The position numbers and the translations under genes are program-made. Under the pieces are notes generated by a model that did not search any database, had not been told where the DNA came from, and saw only the letters and a list, made by a program, of their open reading frames with translations. Below are positions 42,391 to 57,708 of a DNA stretch of 64,000 nt, piece after piece (the first letter of the stretch is position 1; every line of letters begins with the position of its first letter). The DNA is taken from contig CAVRJG010000052.1 of the NCBI GenBank assembly GCA_963721455.1, forward strand, positions 64,001-128,000, written 5' to 3'. The DNA comes from an uncultured Methanosarcinaceae archaeon (GTDB lineage: Archaea; Halobacteriota; Methanosarcinia; Methanosarcinales; Methanosarcinaceae).

Positions 42391-43032
42391 TCATACTCCC
42401 ATCATCATTCTTAGCATCCTGTATGAGGCCATGATCTGGTTGTTTCCATCCCTGTCCGTAGGGGCTCCATGTCCAGAATACAGGGCTTTTACATCAAGTT
42501 TTGTTAGTTTTTCCACTGAGCCAAGCATCTTTTCAGGTTCTGAACCTTCAAAATCCATTCTTCCGAAACCTCCGCCCGGAAATACAGTGTCCCCGGAAAA
42601 GATGCTTTTTGAGACCGGTTCATAAAGGCAGATACTCCCCTTTGAGTGGCCAGGCGTGTGGATGACTTCCAGGTATTCCCCATTTCCGATGTCAATTTTG
42701 TCCCCTTCTTCATATGTAATTGTAGGCTTGACAGCAGGTGCGCGGTCTCCGAAGAGTACAGACACACTAAGGTATTCGTCACTTACGCCCTGAAGGTCGG
42801 CTTTGTGTATCCCGACTTCTGCACCGCTTTTTTCTGCAATTGCTGCTGCTGCCGCAGTATGGTCATAATGGCAATGGGTCAGGATTATAAGTTTCAGGTC
42901 TGTAAGCTTGATATATTTCTCCAGTTGTTTAATAATCAGATCACTATTCATTCCCGCATCGATCAGGACCTTCCCATTTACCAGATAGACACTGGAATCG
43001 TAAGCTGTGGGGCAAATGTACCGGACTTCCAT
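42391..43032 (-). CDS. MBL-fold metallo-hydrolase (glyoxalase II-like)
   Basis: THCHYDH, HTPGHS, SGD, GHG. Confidence 0.9.
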   Translation of the reverse strand: MEVRYICPTAYDSSVYLVNGKVLIDAGMNSDLIIKQLEKYIKLTDLKLIILTHCHYDHTAAAAAIAEKSGAEVGIHKADLQGVSDEYLSVSVLFGDRAPAVKPTITYEEGDKIDIGNGEYLEVIHTPGHSKGSICLYEPVSKSIFSGDTVFPGGGFGRMDFEGSEPEKMLGSVEKLTKLDVKALYSGHGAPTDRDGNNQIMASYRMLRMMMGV

Positions 43033-43105
43033 GTTTTTTCCTCTCCTATTTCTCTCTCTATTTTCTCTTTTTCCTTTCTTTTTTCCTTAGAACTATTTTA
43101 AAACC

Positions 43106-43879
43106 TTATATATTGAAAGCCCTGCGTGCATTTGCTGTGGCGGATTTAGCGATTTCCGACGGCTCCATATCTTTAAGTTGAGCTACCACAGGGATTGAAT
43201 CCACTATGAAGGCAGGCTCATTTCTGCCTTTTCGGGAAGAAAGGAAGGGACTGTCTGTTTCCAGAAGCAGGTTTTCAAGTGGCACCTCTGCTGCGAGAAC
43301 CTGGTGATGCTTGGAAAAACAGACAAGAGTTGCCAGGGAAATGTAGTACCCCATATCTACGATTTCCCTCATGGTCTCAACAGAGCCGCTGTAACAGTGA
43401 TAGATAACTGTATCTACACCCCTGACAAGTTTCAGGACTTCAGCTTCAGCCAGCCGGGCGTGCACCACAAGAGGTTTGTCCAGGTCTTTTGCAAGCTCTA
43501 TTACTTTTTTGAATGACGCTGTCTGACTTTCCCGTTCCTCATTTGTTTTGCAGTCCTGAAAATCAAGGCCTGCTTCCCCAATACCAACTGCTTTTCCTGC
43601 ATTGGCTTCAATCTGGGAAAGGATAGCATTTATTTCTTTATCTTCACCCTCTCTACCGATATCAGGACTCAGGCCAAGTGTGGCATGAATATCTTCGTGC
43701 TTTTCCGCAAGTTCAAGACTCATGCGGTTGCCCTTCAGCGAAATTCCGGAATTGATCATTCCGACAATTCCTGCTTCCCTGGCTCGGAGAATAGTCTCTT
43801 CCCGATCGCGGTTGAATTTAGGAAAATCAAGGTGACAGTGAGAATCAATAATTGGATAAGGCATGGGTTTGTATTCCAT
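43106..43879 (-). CDS. tatD: TatD family hydrolase/nuclease
   Basis: IDSHCHL, GEAGLD, VHAR, HCYSG, LETDSP. Confidence 0.9.
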   Translation of the reverse strand: MEYKPMPYPIIDSHCHLDFPKFNRDREETILRAREAGIVGMINSGISLKGNRMSLELAEKHEDIHATLGLSPDIGREGEDKEINAILSQIEANAGKAVGIGEAGLDFQDCKTNEERESQTASFKKVIELAKDLDKPLVVHARLAEAEVLKLVRGVDTVIYHCYSGSVETMREIVDMGYYISLATLVCFSKHHQVLAAEVPLENLLLETDSPFLSSRKGRNEPAFIVDSIPVVAQLKDMEPSEIAKSATANARRAFNI

Positions 43880-44019
43880 CTCATTTTATTTTACTTTTCA
43901 TATATGACTTGTGGAATACAAACCCCAAAAACGAATAGACACCAGTCCTTATCCGATTTTTTTGTCTGAAATTATCTTTGAACTACAGTTTTTGGGCTCT
44001 TTTAGCCGTTTCTGTCAGT

Positions 44020-45570
44020 TCAGATCTTTGCTTCCTTTTTATACAGCAGGTTCATGGCATTCACAAGGGCTTCTACAGAGGCCATAACTATGTCCGTGTT
44101 TGCAGACCTGGCAGTTACAATTCTGCCCTGTTCGTTTTCAAGACCTATGTATACATCTGCAAGGGCATCTGCTCCTCCGGTAATGGCATCGATCCTGAAA
44201 TCCTGGAGTTTAAAGTGGTTACTCTCTCCCAGGATATCCCTTACAGCATTGAGGGCGGCATCTACAGGGCCAACTCCGGTCCTTGCTGCAATGACTTCTA
44301 TGCCTTGAATGTCTGCCTTGACCACTGCCGTGGGCGTCAGGATGTTTCCTGTCATTACAGATACTTCTTTAAGTTTGATCAGTTCTTCTTCGGAACTTGC
44401 TTTTCCAAGCGCGGCCGAAGCAACTGCATAGAGGTCGGCATCTGTGATCTGTTTGCCCTTGTTTGCAATCTCTTTGATTCTGGACACAATTTCATCGAGC
44501 TGCTTGTCATTTGTTATTATCCCGGCAGATTCGAGGGACTGCTTGACTGCATGTTTGCCTGTATGTTTGCCGAGGACAATACGCCGTCTGTGTCCTACCA
44601 TTTCCGGAGTCATTATTCCAGGCTCGAAGGTATCGGATTTTTCAAGCACTCCCTGGCTGTGGATTCCCGACTCGTGGGAAAAGGCATTCTGGCCGACCAC
44701 AGGAGTGTTTGGAGGAAGCCTGATTCCAGTATAGTTTTCAATCATTTTAGAGGTTTCAACAAGGTATTCGGTCCGAATGTTCGTTTTTGCCCCATATATT
44801 GCCGTAAGGCTCATTACTGTCTGGGAAAGGTCGGCATTTCCTGCCCTTTCTCCTATGCCGTTTATCGTGACCTGAACCTGGGACGCGCCTGCTTCGACAG
44901 CCATGAGGCTGTTTGCTACCGCAAGCCCGAAATCATTATGGCAATGTACATCGATAGGAATTGTTATTTCAGCAGCGATGTCCTTTATCTGCCTGTACAT
45001 TGCGGACGGAACCATAATGCCGACAGTATCTGGCACGTTAATGATATCGCATCCTGCTTCCTGAACTGCCTTGAAAACCTGCATGAGGTATTCAGGATCA
45101 GTCCTTGTAGCGTCCATTGCAGAAAACATGCACTTCCGCCCATGGTCTTTGATGTACTGGACAGCTTCTACAGCCAGTTGAATGACTTCTTCCTGGCTTT
45201 TTTTAATGGTGTATATCCTCTGTACATCTGAGGTAGGGACGAAAGTATGCACTAGGCCAACGTCGCTATCAAAACAGGCATCGATATCTTTTTTCAACAC
45301 ACGGGCAAGCCCACAGACTTCGGTATCCAGTCCGGCATTAGAAATCGATTTTACGGATTCTTTATCTCCTTCTGAAGAGATAGGAAATCCAGCTTCTATT
45401 ATGTCTACCCCGAGTTTGTCAAGTTGACGGGCAATTTCCAGCTTCTGAGTAGAAGTCAGGGAGACCCCGGGGGTTTGTTCTCCGTCACGCAGTGTTGTGT
45501 CAAAAACAGTTACTTTTTTATTCTGCATGGGTTCGATGTAAAAATCGATCCCTTCTTTCAGTTCGTACAT
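44020..45570 (-). CDS. leuA: 2-isopropylmalate synthase (LeuA/CimA family)
   Basis: DTTLRDGEQ, HCHNDFG, GIGERAGN, HESGIH, C-terminal regulatory domain (GVGPVDA); the paralog cimA is not excluded. Confidence 0.75.
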   Translation of the reverse strand: MYELKEGIDFYIEPMQNKKVTVFDTTLRDGEQTPGVSLTSTQKLEIARQLDKLGVDIIEAGFPISSEGDKESVKSISNAGLDTEVCGLARVLKKDIDACFDSDVGLVHTFVPTSDVQRIYTIKKSQEEVIQLAVEAVQYIKDHGRKCMFSAMDATRTDPEYLMQVFKAVQEAGCDIINVPDTVGIMVPSAMYRQIKDIAAEITIPIDVHCHNDFGLAVANSLMAVEAGASQVQVTINGIGERAGNADLSQTVMSLTAIYGAKTNIRTEYLVETSKMIENYTGIRLPPNTPVVGQNAFSHESGIHSQGVLEKSDTFEPGIMTPEMVGHRRRIVLGKHTGKHAVKQSLESAGIITNDKQLDEIVSRIKEIANKGKQITDADLYAVASAALGKASSEEELIKLKEVSVMTGNILTPTAVVKADIQGIEVIAARTGVGPVDAALNAVRDILGESNHFKLQDFRIDAITGGADALADVYIGLENEQGRIVTARSANTDIVMASVEALVNAMNLLYKKEAKI

Positions 45571-45931
45571 CCATGATAATCATCTACATAAATGTACACT
45601 GCTGGTATATAAATTGCATGCGCGTTTTTGAATGGTTTTATGAAATTTTATCTCATCGAGCCATCAACGGAAAACTATTTATACTAAATGAACCCCTACT
45701 AGGGTTGCTTCTTAGGGCGTCACAACGCATCTAAGAGAGGAAAAACGGAACTTGAAAAACGAAGTTCGAAAAACGAAATCTTAAAAACAGAATCAGATGG
45801 TTCCTTGGAGCATTGTTTTCTAAACAATGGTTCATAAAAACGGACGAAGTTAAGGATTCGAAAGTATAACTCTTTTGAAATCTTTTACTCATTCACTTTC
45901 CATCTTTCAAATTTGTTCAATCTCCTTTCAG

Positions 45932-45949
45932 GGAGAAGCTTTATATACA
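45932..45949 (+). promoter_or_regulatory. putative rRNA operon promoter (BRE/TATA)
   Basis: GAGAAGCTTTATATAC about 250 bp upstream of 16S; a second TTTATA lies near 45678. Confidence 0.5.
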
Positions 45950-46198
45950 AGAAACGTCTTGTATGTATTCCTCACACAAAGCAGTTGTGTGGGTTGAATT
46001 ATATATCTCTTTCATCTTTTAATGGAGCCAGGAGTTATTTCCTGTCTGACGAGGATTTTGTCGGTTCGGTTAATTCTGGGCGGTGAGAGTTTTTTTACAA
46101 AAACACATCATCGCGAAACTTAGAATAACTGAATTGATAGTTGTTAGTGCAAGTTTCTGCGACCAAGACCTTTAATTTCAAGCAAGTGTGCTATAACA

Positions 46199-47676
<1,478 letters not shown>

Positions 47677-47866
47677 AAGCATAAAAAACCCACCGCCCAG
47701 ATGCCGATAAACCGACAAATCCTCAAATCATTTCATTCTCTAATGCACCCGGAAAGTAAATTTTCGGGGAAGGACGGATTGCCTGTGTGGAAACTCAGGT
47801 ACATGAAGTCATGTATAGGTGCTGTATATTGAACGCTAACTGGACCTGGTTAGGTGTAACAGGAGT

Positions 47867-50754
<2,888 letters not shown>

Positions 50755-50840
50755 TTTCACCATATCAGGTCCAGGCGAAATTCAATATGCAGCACACCTA
50801 TACATGACTTCATCATTTTCCCCAATCCCATTTATAGGTA

Positions 50841-50967
50841 GAGTCTGGCGGCCATAGCGGCAGGGCAACTCCTGTACCCATTCCGAACACAGAAGATAAG
50901 CCTGTCCACGTTCCTTACTGTACTGAAGTACGCGAGTCTTCGGGAACTCTGGATCGCTGCCATGCTC
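50841..50967 (+). rRNA. rrf: 5S rRNA
   Basis: TGGCGGCCATAGCGG...CCCATTCCGAACAC...CGCTGCCA with paired ends. Confidence 0.95.
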
Positions 50968-51176
50968 ACCCTATACTACTTTAAATCTATTCTAAAATTG
51001 TTCTTTTTCTAATACTGTTTTACTGATCATTTACTGATGTTTTTACTCCTTTGAAACTAATTTCCTCTTTAATTTTTGATAATTACATCTCTCTTATTGT
51101 TTCTTAATTTGCTTGAGCGAGCGAAGAAGTCTAAATTACAAAATAAAATTAGTCATGAACTTGGAAAAGTTTAAAA

Positions 51177-53359
51177 TCATTTATTACTGCTCTCAAGTTC
51201 TTGATATGCTTCTTTAAATTGTTCTTCTCCCATTTTTTCTTTCAATCCATTCATACATTTTAGCGCTAATTGCATGTATGGAGAGTTAAGATTCTTAAAA
51301 ATTGAAAATGCAGTGAAGTAACATTTGAGTGCTTCTACGTATTTTTCATTATCTTCATTAACTCTACCAAGCTGACCCATTGTTATTGCAATTCCGCTCT
51401 TGTCCCCCAGTTCTTCTTCCATTTTCAGGGACTGGTCATACTTTTTCACGGCTTCTTCGTAATTGCCCTGAGAATAATGAACATTTCCAAGCTGGTGCAG
51501 TGTTCCTGCAATTCCGCTCTTGTCCCCCAGTTCTTCTTCATTTTCAGGGACGTCATACTTTTTCACGGCTTCTTCGTAATTGCCCTGAGATAATACATTC
51601 CAAGCTGGTGCAGTGTTTGCAATTCCGCTCTTGTCCCCAGTTCTTTTAATTTTCAGGGACTGGTCATACTTTTTCACGGCTTCTTCGTAATTGCCCTGCT
51701 GCTGATGAATCATTCCAAGCTGGTGCAGTGTTCTTGCAATTCCGCTCTTGTCCCCCAGTTCTTCTTCAATTTTCAGGGACTGGTTGTACTTTTTCACTGC
51801 TTCTTCGTAATTGCCCTGATGCTGATGAATCATTCCCAGATTATGACTTGTAGAAGAAATTCCGACGTTATCATGGTTTCTTGTGAATATTTCTTTAGCT
51901 TTTTCCAGGCATTTTCTGGCTTCGTAGGGCTTTGATATCTTTATGAGGAATATGCCCAGATCTTGAAGATCGTTTCCATCATCCAGAGTTTCATAATCTG
52001 TCCAGAATTCTCCAAGTCTTTCTGTAACGAGATTTAAGTTGCCAAACCCGTCATAAACCGTTATTCCTGTTTTTATTCTTCTTTTCTTTTGTTCGGTATC
52101 GGGTTCGAGATTATCAACGATTTCCAGCAGTTTTTCTGCGGCTTTCCGGTATATTTCCCTTTCATCTTTGAGTTTTATTATGGAGTTAAGTATTTCCGGA
52201 ATATAGGCACCATTTTCTGCTTTGGCGAGTTCTTCAAAGCTGTGCTTCAGGATTGTTCCGGTAAAGAACTCACGGTTGATGAGATATTCAGATAAGACGT
52301 CGGGGGTCAGGTGATATTTTGATTCGTGCCTGGCAATATGACCGCCTTTTTCCATTTCTATAATTATTTTTTCATACTTTTGCGGGATGTCTGTGACTCC
52401 ACCAGTAATTTCTCCTCCTGCAAGAAATTCTATAAAATCTTCTCCGTATTCTTTTTGGAAGTCTCTTATAATTTTGTCAAAGAATTCTTTGCTTGTTCTG
52501 ATGCCCTGAAATATCTCTTTTGCACTTCTGTCAGGGAGTTGCTTTATGTAATCGAGAGCCAGAAGAGCTATTGCAGGGTTTCCTTCCGATATTCTTTCAA
52601 TTCCCTCTTTTAAATCCCCGTCTTCCATATCTTGCAGTATCCCGCTTATATCCATTCTTTCCAATTTGAGGTATCTGATTGAAGCTGCCCCTATCTTTTC
52701 CTTCAAAGCCTCAACGAATATTGGTCTTGTGGTAATGATGAGCTTTGAGTTTCTTTTGAATGCATTATTTTTTATTTCGTTGAATACTTCCATATTATAC
52801 TGATAATCATCGAAGATGAGTACCGTTTTTTCCGAAAGTTCGGTATTTAATTTTTCTTCAATATCTTTCGGGCTTTTATAATGCCTTAAATTTGCAAATA
52901 GGCACTTCCCTTTGAATTTGAAGTCTCCCGCAAGTTTCCCTGATTCATTAATTCTTTTGGAGATTTCAATTGCAAGTCTTGTTTTCCCGATTCCACTTTC
53001 CCCTGCTATTATAAGGACTTGCTCCGAACTCTTTAAAAAATCGGTTGCTTCTTCTATTACATTTCTTTTAATGTTGTTTTCGATTCTTTGAACATAGGGA
53101 ACGTTAAGCTTTTCCAGTTCTTTTTCCGTAAAATATTTGTTGTATTCTACAAGTGCCTCAGTATCTCTTGGAGTCGAAGTTTTCTTGGAATGAGAAATTT
53201 CTTAATGAAATTCCTGAATAAATAGCCCACAAAACCTACCAGTATCGCTAACGCACCAAGTATTTCACATACTAAAGAAATATCTTCTTTATATGGATAA
53301 ACAAGTGCTCTTATCTCCGATAAGTTTGTCAATGTTGAAATAAGAATCAGGGTATACAT
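51177..53359 (-). pseudogene. membrane-anchored P-loop ATPase (STAND-like) with C-terminal TPR array, frameshifted
   Basis: TM-containing ORF 53147-53359 is out of frame with the following open frame, which carries Walker A GESGIGKT (about 52980-53003) and LIFDD and runs into ORF 51177-52793 with 40-aa TPR repeats. Confidence 0.75.
51387..51845. repeat. near-identical 120-bp TPR-coding repeats (4 units)
   Basis: TGCAATTCCGCTCTTGTCCCC recurs at 51387, 51507, 51618 and 51735. Confidence 0.9.
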
Positions 53360-53910
53360 TCAAAATCAGTAAAGGTTTAGAGTAAGTTCTATTAATGAAT
53401 TTTGATTTTATTGGGCGTTTAAATAATTAGTCTGTCAATAAAAGTTGATATTTTTTCCAGAATATTCACATACTTGCATTCTGCCTCTCATTTTCCTTTT
53501 TGTTCATTTTTTGGTTTTCTGTACGCAGGTAGGCTTAGAAAACAGGTGCAGATGAATAAAGTGTATTCTAAGATGAAATCTCAACCAGCTAATGGCGCAC
53601 GATCTTCAGGTATAGCTTAATGTTTAACCTGCTGTTCTCTTGGATTAAGTTTGAATTTGGGCAGCCTGTTTATTCATGTTCTCATTTAGCCTTCCTATCC
53701 GGTCATCCTTTGTGTGCAGCTTGTCGTAACGTGCCTGAATTTGTATTTTTAGAAACTTTTGTAGACTTTTTAATATTTTCTGGGTTTTTGAGTGATGGCA
53801 GTCAACTGCCAGCGGAATCAACGTTAAATTTTGACAATTCCTGAATATTATAAAAATCGTCTAAAATTGTTAAATATCATGAAGCCTTTAATTATTATGG
53901 AGGAATTTTT

Positions 53911-54294
53911 ATGGAAGGCGAAAAAAAAGTCGATGTAGACGATGGAGATATTTTTAAGTATAAACTTGGTAAGTGGGTTCTAAGCGTAGATGAATGTGCT
54001 TTTATGAGTCTGAGAGATATTGAAAAGAATAAATCTATGCGTCAATACCTGATCGAGTCAGTTGATAGTTGGGTTAACAAAAAAGAGGTATTTTTAACAG
54101 ATGAATTTATTTCTGAAATGTGCGACTTTATTAAAAGCGAAAATGAAGACCTTTACTACCGTTTAATGAAGAAATGCGCTCTAAAAGGAATAAGTGTAGG
54201 TGAAGGTATATTTGAAGCACTGAATTTGTTGCAGTGTGGAACAATAAGTGAGCAGCAGTGCAGAGAGGCTAGCGATGACTTCTCTGATGTGTGA
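53911..54294 (+). CDS. hypothetical protein
   Basis: 127-aa ORF with GGAGG SD; no recognised family. Confidence 0.6.
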   Translation: MEGEKKVDVDDGDIFKYKLGKWVLSVDECAFMSLRDIEKNKSMRQYLIESVDSWVNKKEVFLTDEFISEMCDFIKSENEDLYYRLMKKCALKGISVGEGIFEALNLLQCGTISEQQCREASDDFSDV

Positions 54295-54456
54295 TGTCTT
54301 CTGTCTGTTTTTATATCCGCCACGCTGAGCCCCAATAAATTTCAGCATTTCCATTTTTATGTAGTTCCGAATTATCCTGTTTAATCTGAAAACAGAATTT
54401 CATTTTTTGATAAATTTATTTAAATAAAAATCTAACCTATATTTATTGGGATAACT

Positions 54457-55029
54457 ATGGGTTACATCGAAACCTGGAAAGAGGTTATGCAAAGACCGTC
54501 TGATTTTTACAGGGGAATGCCAGAGACCGGAGGATATGCTGATCCGCTCACCTTTGCAGCAATTAGCTTTTTAATATACGGGCTTTTAACCGCACTTTTT
54601 AACCGTGGAATGTATATGGGCGGCATGTACGGTGGGATGTACGACGGAATGTACGGCGGCGTTAGAGAATTCAGCTTTTTCATGGTACTTATGGTTGCGA
54701 TAATAGCACCTATTGCAGGTATCATTTCTCTCTTTATCGAAGCTGCAATATTCTATATTATTTATAAACTTCTTGGGGGGACTGGAAGTTACGAAGGCAC
54801 TGTAAGGTTAATATCTTATGCAACTGCTGTGCTGGTACTTTCCTGGATCCCTCTTGTCGGTTGGATTGTCGGGATTTACGGTATATATCTGTATATCGTG
54901 GGCGGTAGGTTTGTGCATAATGTAAGCATGGGGAGATCCGCAATAGCCGTATTCCTGCCCACCTTACTGGTCTTCCTGCTGGCTATGATTATCGTAGGGC
55001 TGTTAGCTTTTTCCGGAATTTCTTTCTAA
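54457..55029 (+). CDS. YIP1 family membrane protein
   Basis: V..RP..FY, LLGG.GSYE.T.R...YA, WIPLVG; several TM helices. Confidence 0.8.
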   Translation: MGYIETWKEVMQRPSDFYRGMPETGGYADPLTFAAISFLIYGLLTALFNRGMYMGGMYGGMYDGMYGGVREFSFFMVLMVAIIAPIAGIISLFIEAAIFYIIYKLLGGTGSYEGTVRLISYATAVLVLSWIPLVGWIVGIYGIYLYIVGGRFVHNVSMGRSAIAVFLPTLLVFLLAMIIVGLLAFSGISF

Positions 55030-55174
55030 CCGGGTTACTTTTTTATAGGAAAAACTCCTTCTACTTTTAGAGTCTGTACATCTTAAAAATTTAAGACACT
55101 ATTGCCTCGAACTAAATATTTATATATTAGAAATTCCTTTAATTGAACTACACGAGCAAGACATGCTCAAGAAT

Positions 55175-55246
55175 GCCAAGATGGCGGAGCGGCTACGCAA
55201 TCGCCTGCAGAGCGATACCATTCCGGTTCGAATCCGGATCTTGGCT
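55175..55246 (+). tRNA. tRNA-Cys (GCA)
   Basis: cloverleaf GCCAAGA/TCTTGGC, anticodon loop CTGCAGA, GGTTCGAATCC; TTTATATA about 55 bp upstream. Confidence 0.95.
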
Positions 55247-55323
55247 CTTTATTAAATAATCAATTAATCTAAAATTACATATTTAATTACATATTTTAAA
55301 GTGCTTTGAAAACTCTACACGGT

Positions 55324-55395
55324 GCCAAGATGGCGGAGCGGCTACGCAATCGCCTGCAGAGCGATACCATTCCGGTTCGAATCCGGATCTTGGCT
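55324..55395 (+). tRNA. tRNA-Cys (GCA), identical second copy
   Basis: identical 72-nt sequence followed by a T-run. Confidence 0.95.
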
Positions 55396-55498
55396 TCTTT
55401 TAAAAATTTTCATCTCTTTTTCATAACTTTTTAATTCCGTGGCTTTTCTTGATTTCGAGGGCCTCGGCTTTTATATTAGAGAATACGAATTCCTGAGC

Positions 55499-56113
55499 AT
55501 GGACATCGATGAACTCATGCGGAGGCTTTTCGAACTTTATCCTGAAGGTTATACTGATGGCTTTAGAGACCCCTTTTTTGTGTTAATTTCCACTGTGATG
55601 TCCCATAGAACCCGGGATGATGTAACCTACCCTTCAGCAAGGAAGCTTTTTGAGAAATTTTCAACGGCTGAAGAAATGGCAGAGGCCAACGTTGGCGAGA
55701 TTGAAGCTCTTATAAGGGATGTGGGTTTTTACAGGGTCAAAACAGGAAGAATAAAAGAAATTTCCAGGATCCTTCTGGAGAAATACGATGGCAGGGTTCC
55801 TGATGATATGGAAACTCTCCTTGAACTGCCTGGAGTCGGCCGAAAGACAGCTAATTGTGTGCTTGCTCATGCTTTCCTTAAAGATGCCCTGGCAGTGGAT
55901 ACTCACGTTCACAGGATTTCCAACCGGCTCGGGCTGGTAAAGACGAAAGTCCCTGAGGAAACTGAAACTGAACTAAAAAAGATCTTTCCACAGAGATACT
56001 GGAAACATATAAATCTCTTGCTTGTAAAACTAGGGCAAAATGTCTGTCGGCCTATTTCTCCCAGGTGTGGAGTCTGCGTCCTGAACGATATGTGTCCTAA
56101 AATTCTCCTTTAA
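55499..56113 (+). CDS. nth: endonuclease III
   Basis: HhH LPGVGRKTAN, VDTHVHR, C-terminal CRPISPRCGVC...C 4Fe-4S motif. Confidence 0.93.
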   Translation: MDIDELMRRLFELYPEGYTDGFRDPFFVLISTVMSHRTRDDVTYPSARKLFEKFSTAEEMAEANVGEIEALIRDVGFYRVKTGRIKEISRILLEKYDGRVPDDMETLLELPGVGRKTANCVLAHAFLKDALAVDTHVHRISNRLGLVKTKVPEETETELKKIFPQRYWKHINLLLVKLGQNVCRPISPRCGVCVLNDMCPKILL

Positions 56114-56369
56114 TAGGGAGTTCCCAGTGGCCCCAAAAATTCCGAAATCGAAATTCTGAGGCTCTATCAGGGCTGGAAAAAAACCTTCGGGACGATACGA
56201 GATTATTTATATAAAGCTGGCATTTAGCAGACAAAAGGGTTATGCCTATCCTCAATTTTATTGCAAATCAATTTCAAATATTTGATGGCAAATCAATTTC
56301 AAATATTACCTTACTTGCACGGTTATCAATATTCCGGATATGACATTTATCACATTTACGAGGTCAAAT

Positions 56370-57548
56370 ATGTTTCAAATAGGAGAAGCGTTAATGGGGC
56401 AGGGCCCAGAACTTGCCCATGTTGATTTGATGATAGGAGACAAGGGAGGTCCCGTAGGGCAGGCTTTTGCAAATGGCTTCACTCAGCTCTCAGCCGGACA
56501 CACACCGCTTCTGTCGGTTATCAGGCCAAACCTGCCGCCTAAGCCTTCAACCCTTATCATCCCGAAGGTTACGGTAAAGAATATGGAGCAGGCAACAAAA
56601 ATTTTCGGACCTGCCCAGGCAGCAGTTGCAAAGGCAGTAGCAGACTCTGTCGAAGAAGGTGTAATCTCAAAGGACCAGGCTGAAGACCTTGTCATTGTAG
56701 CCAGCGTCTTTATCCACCCCGATGCCCAGGACTACAACAAAATCTATAGGTACAACTACGGAGCCACAAAACTCGCAATCAAGCGCGCTCTCGCCGGCTT
56801 CCCGGATATTAACACTGTTCTTGAGGAAAGCAACAAGTCCACTCATGCCATCATGGGGTTCAAGGTCACAAGGCTCTGGGATCCACCATACCTGCAGATT
56901 GCTTTTGACAACCCGAACCTCGAATTTGTGATGTCTGCCATTTCCCAGATTCCTAACAGCGATCACGTCATCATCGAAGCAGGCACACCCCTTATTAAAC
57001 GCTATGGCGTGGATATCATCTCGAAGATTAGACAGGTCAGGCCCGACGCCTTTATCGTGGCTGACTTAAAGACCCTGGATACCGGAAACCTTGAAGCAAG
57101 AATGGTTGCAGACGCTGCAGGCGATGCCGTCGTGGTCTCTGCCCTTGCCCCGATCAGCACTATTGACAAGCTCATTGAGGAAGCCCATAAGACAGGTATC
57201 TATGCGGTAATGGACACTCTCAACCACAACGACCCGATTTCTGTCTTAAAGCAGCTCAAGGTCATGCCTGATGTCATTGAACTCCACCGTGGAATTGACA
57301 TTGAGGGCACTGAACATGCCTGGGGCAATATCGCCGAGATCAAGAAGGTTGCTCCAAAGGCTCTGATTGCTGTTGCAGGCGGAGTCCGTCTCGACAAAGT
57401 ACCTTTGGCTCTGAGCCAGGGTGCTGACATTCTTGTGGTCGGACGTGCGATCACCAACTCAAAAGATATCAGGGAAGTCGCCGAGCAGTTCATCAACAGC
57501 CTTAACAAACCGGAAATTGACCAGTTCAGGGTCATGACTGACTTCTGA
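56370..57548 (+). CDS. fae-hps: bifunctional formaldehyde-activating enzyme / 3-hexulose-6-phosphate synthase
   Basis: [21 protein letters not shown], then [25 protein letters not shown]. Confidence 0.93.
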   Translation: MFQIGEALMGQGPELAHVDLMIGDKGGPVGQAFANGFTQLSAGHTPLLSVIRPNLPPKPSTLIIPKVTVKNMEQATKIFGPAQAAVAKAVADSVEEGVISKDQAEDLVIVASVFIHPDAQDYNKIYRYNYGATKLAIKRALAGFPDINTVLEESNKSTHAIMGFKVTRLWDPPYLQIAFDNPNLEFVMSAISQIPNSDHVIIEAGTPLIKRYGVDIISKIRQVRPDAFIVADLKTLDTGNLEARMVADAAGDAVVVSALAPISTIDKLIEEAHKTGIYAVMDTLNHNDPISVLKQLKVMPDVIELHRGIDIEGTEHAWGNIAEIKKVAPKALIAVAGGVRLDKVPLALSQGADILVVGRAITNSKDIREVAEQFINSLNKPEIDQFRVMTDF

Positions 57549-57708
57549 GCAAGTTTAAGAATTCTTAAAGAAAATTCCTTAAAGAAAATTGCCGGAAAAA
57601 TGTTGCTAAAGAGCAAAGCCATGCAGCACTTTCCGGCAGAAACCTGTACCAGAGAAAGCGTTGAAATAAGCTTTTTCATTTTCTTTTTATTTTTCAGGAG
57701 GGGATTTC

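Noticed and set aside
53147-53149. Pyrrolysine read-through of the TAG ending the TM ORF
   Set aside because: The downstream ATPase-TPR frame is offset (353 nt to ATG 52793, not a multiple of 3), so amber read-through cannot join them.
55175-55395. tRNA duplication as attL/attR of an integrated element
   Set aside because: Both copies are full length, only 77 bp apart, and no integrase is present.
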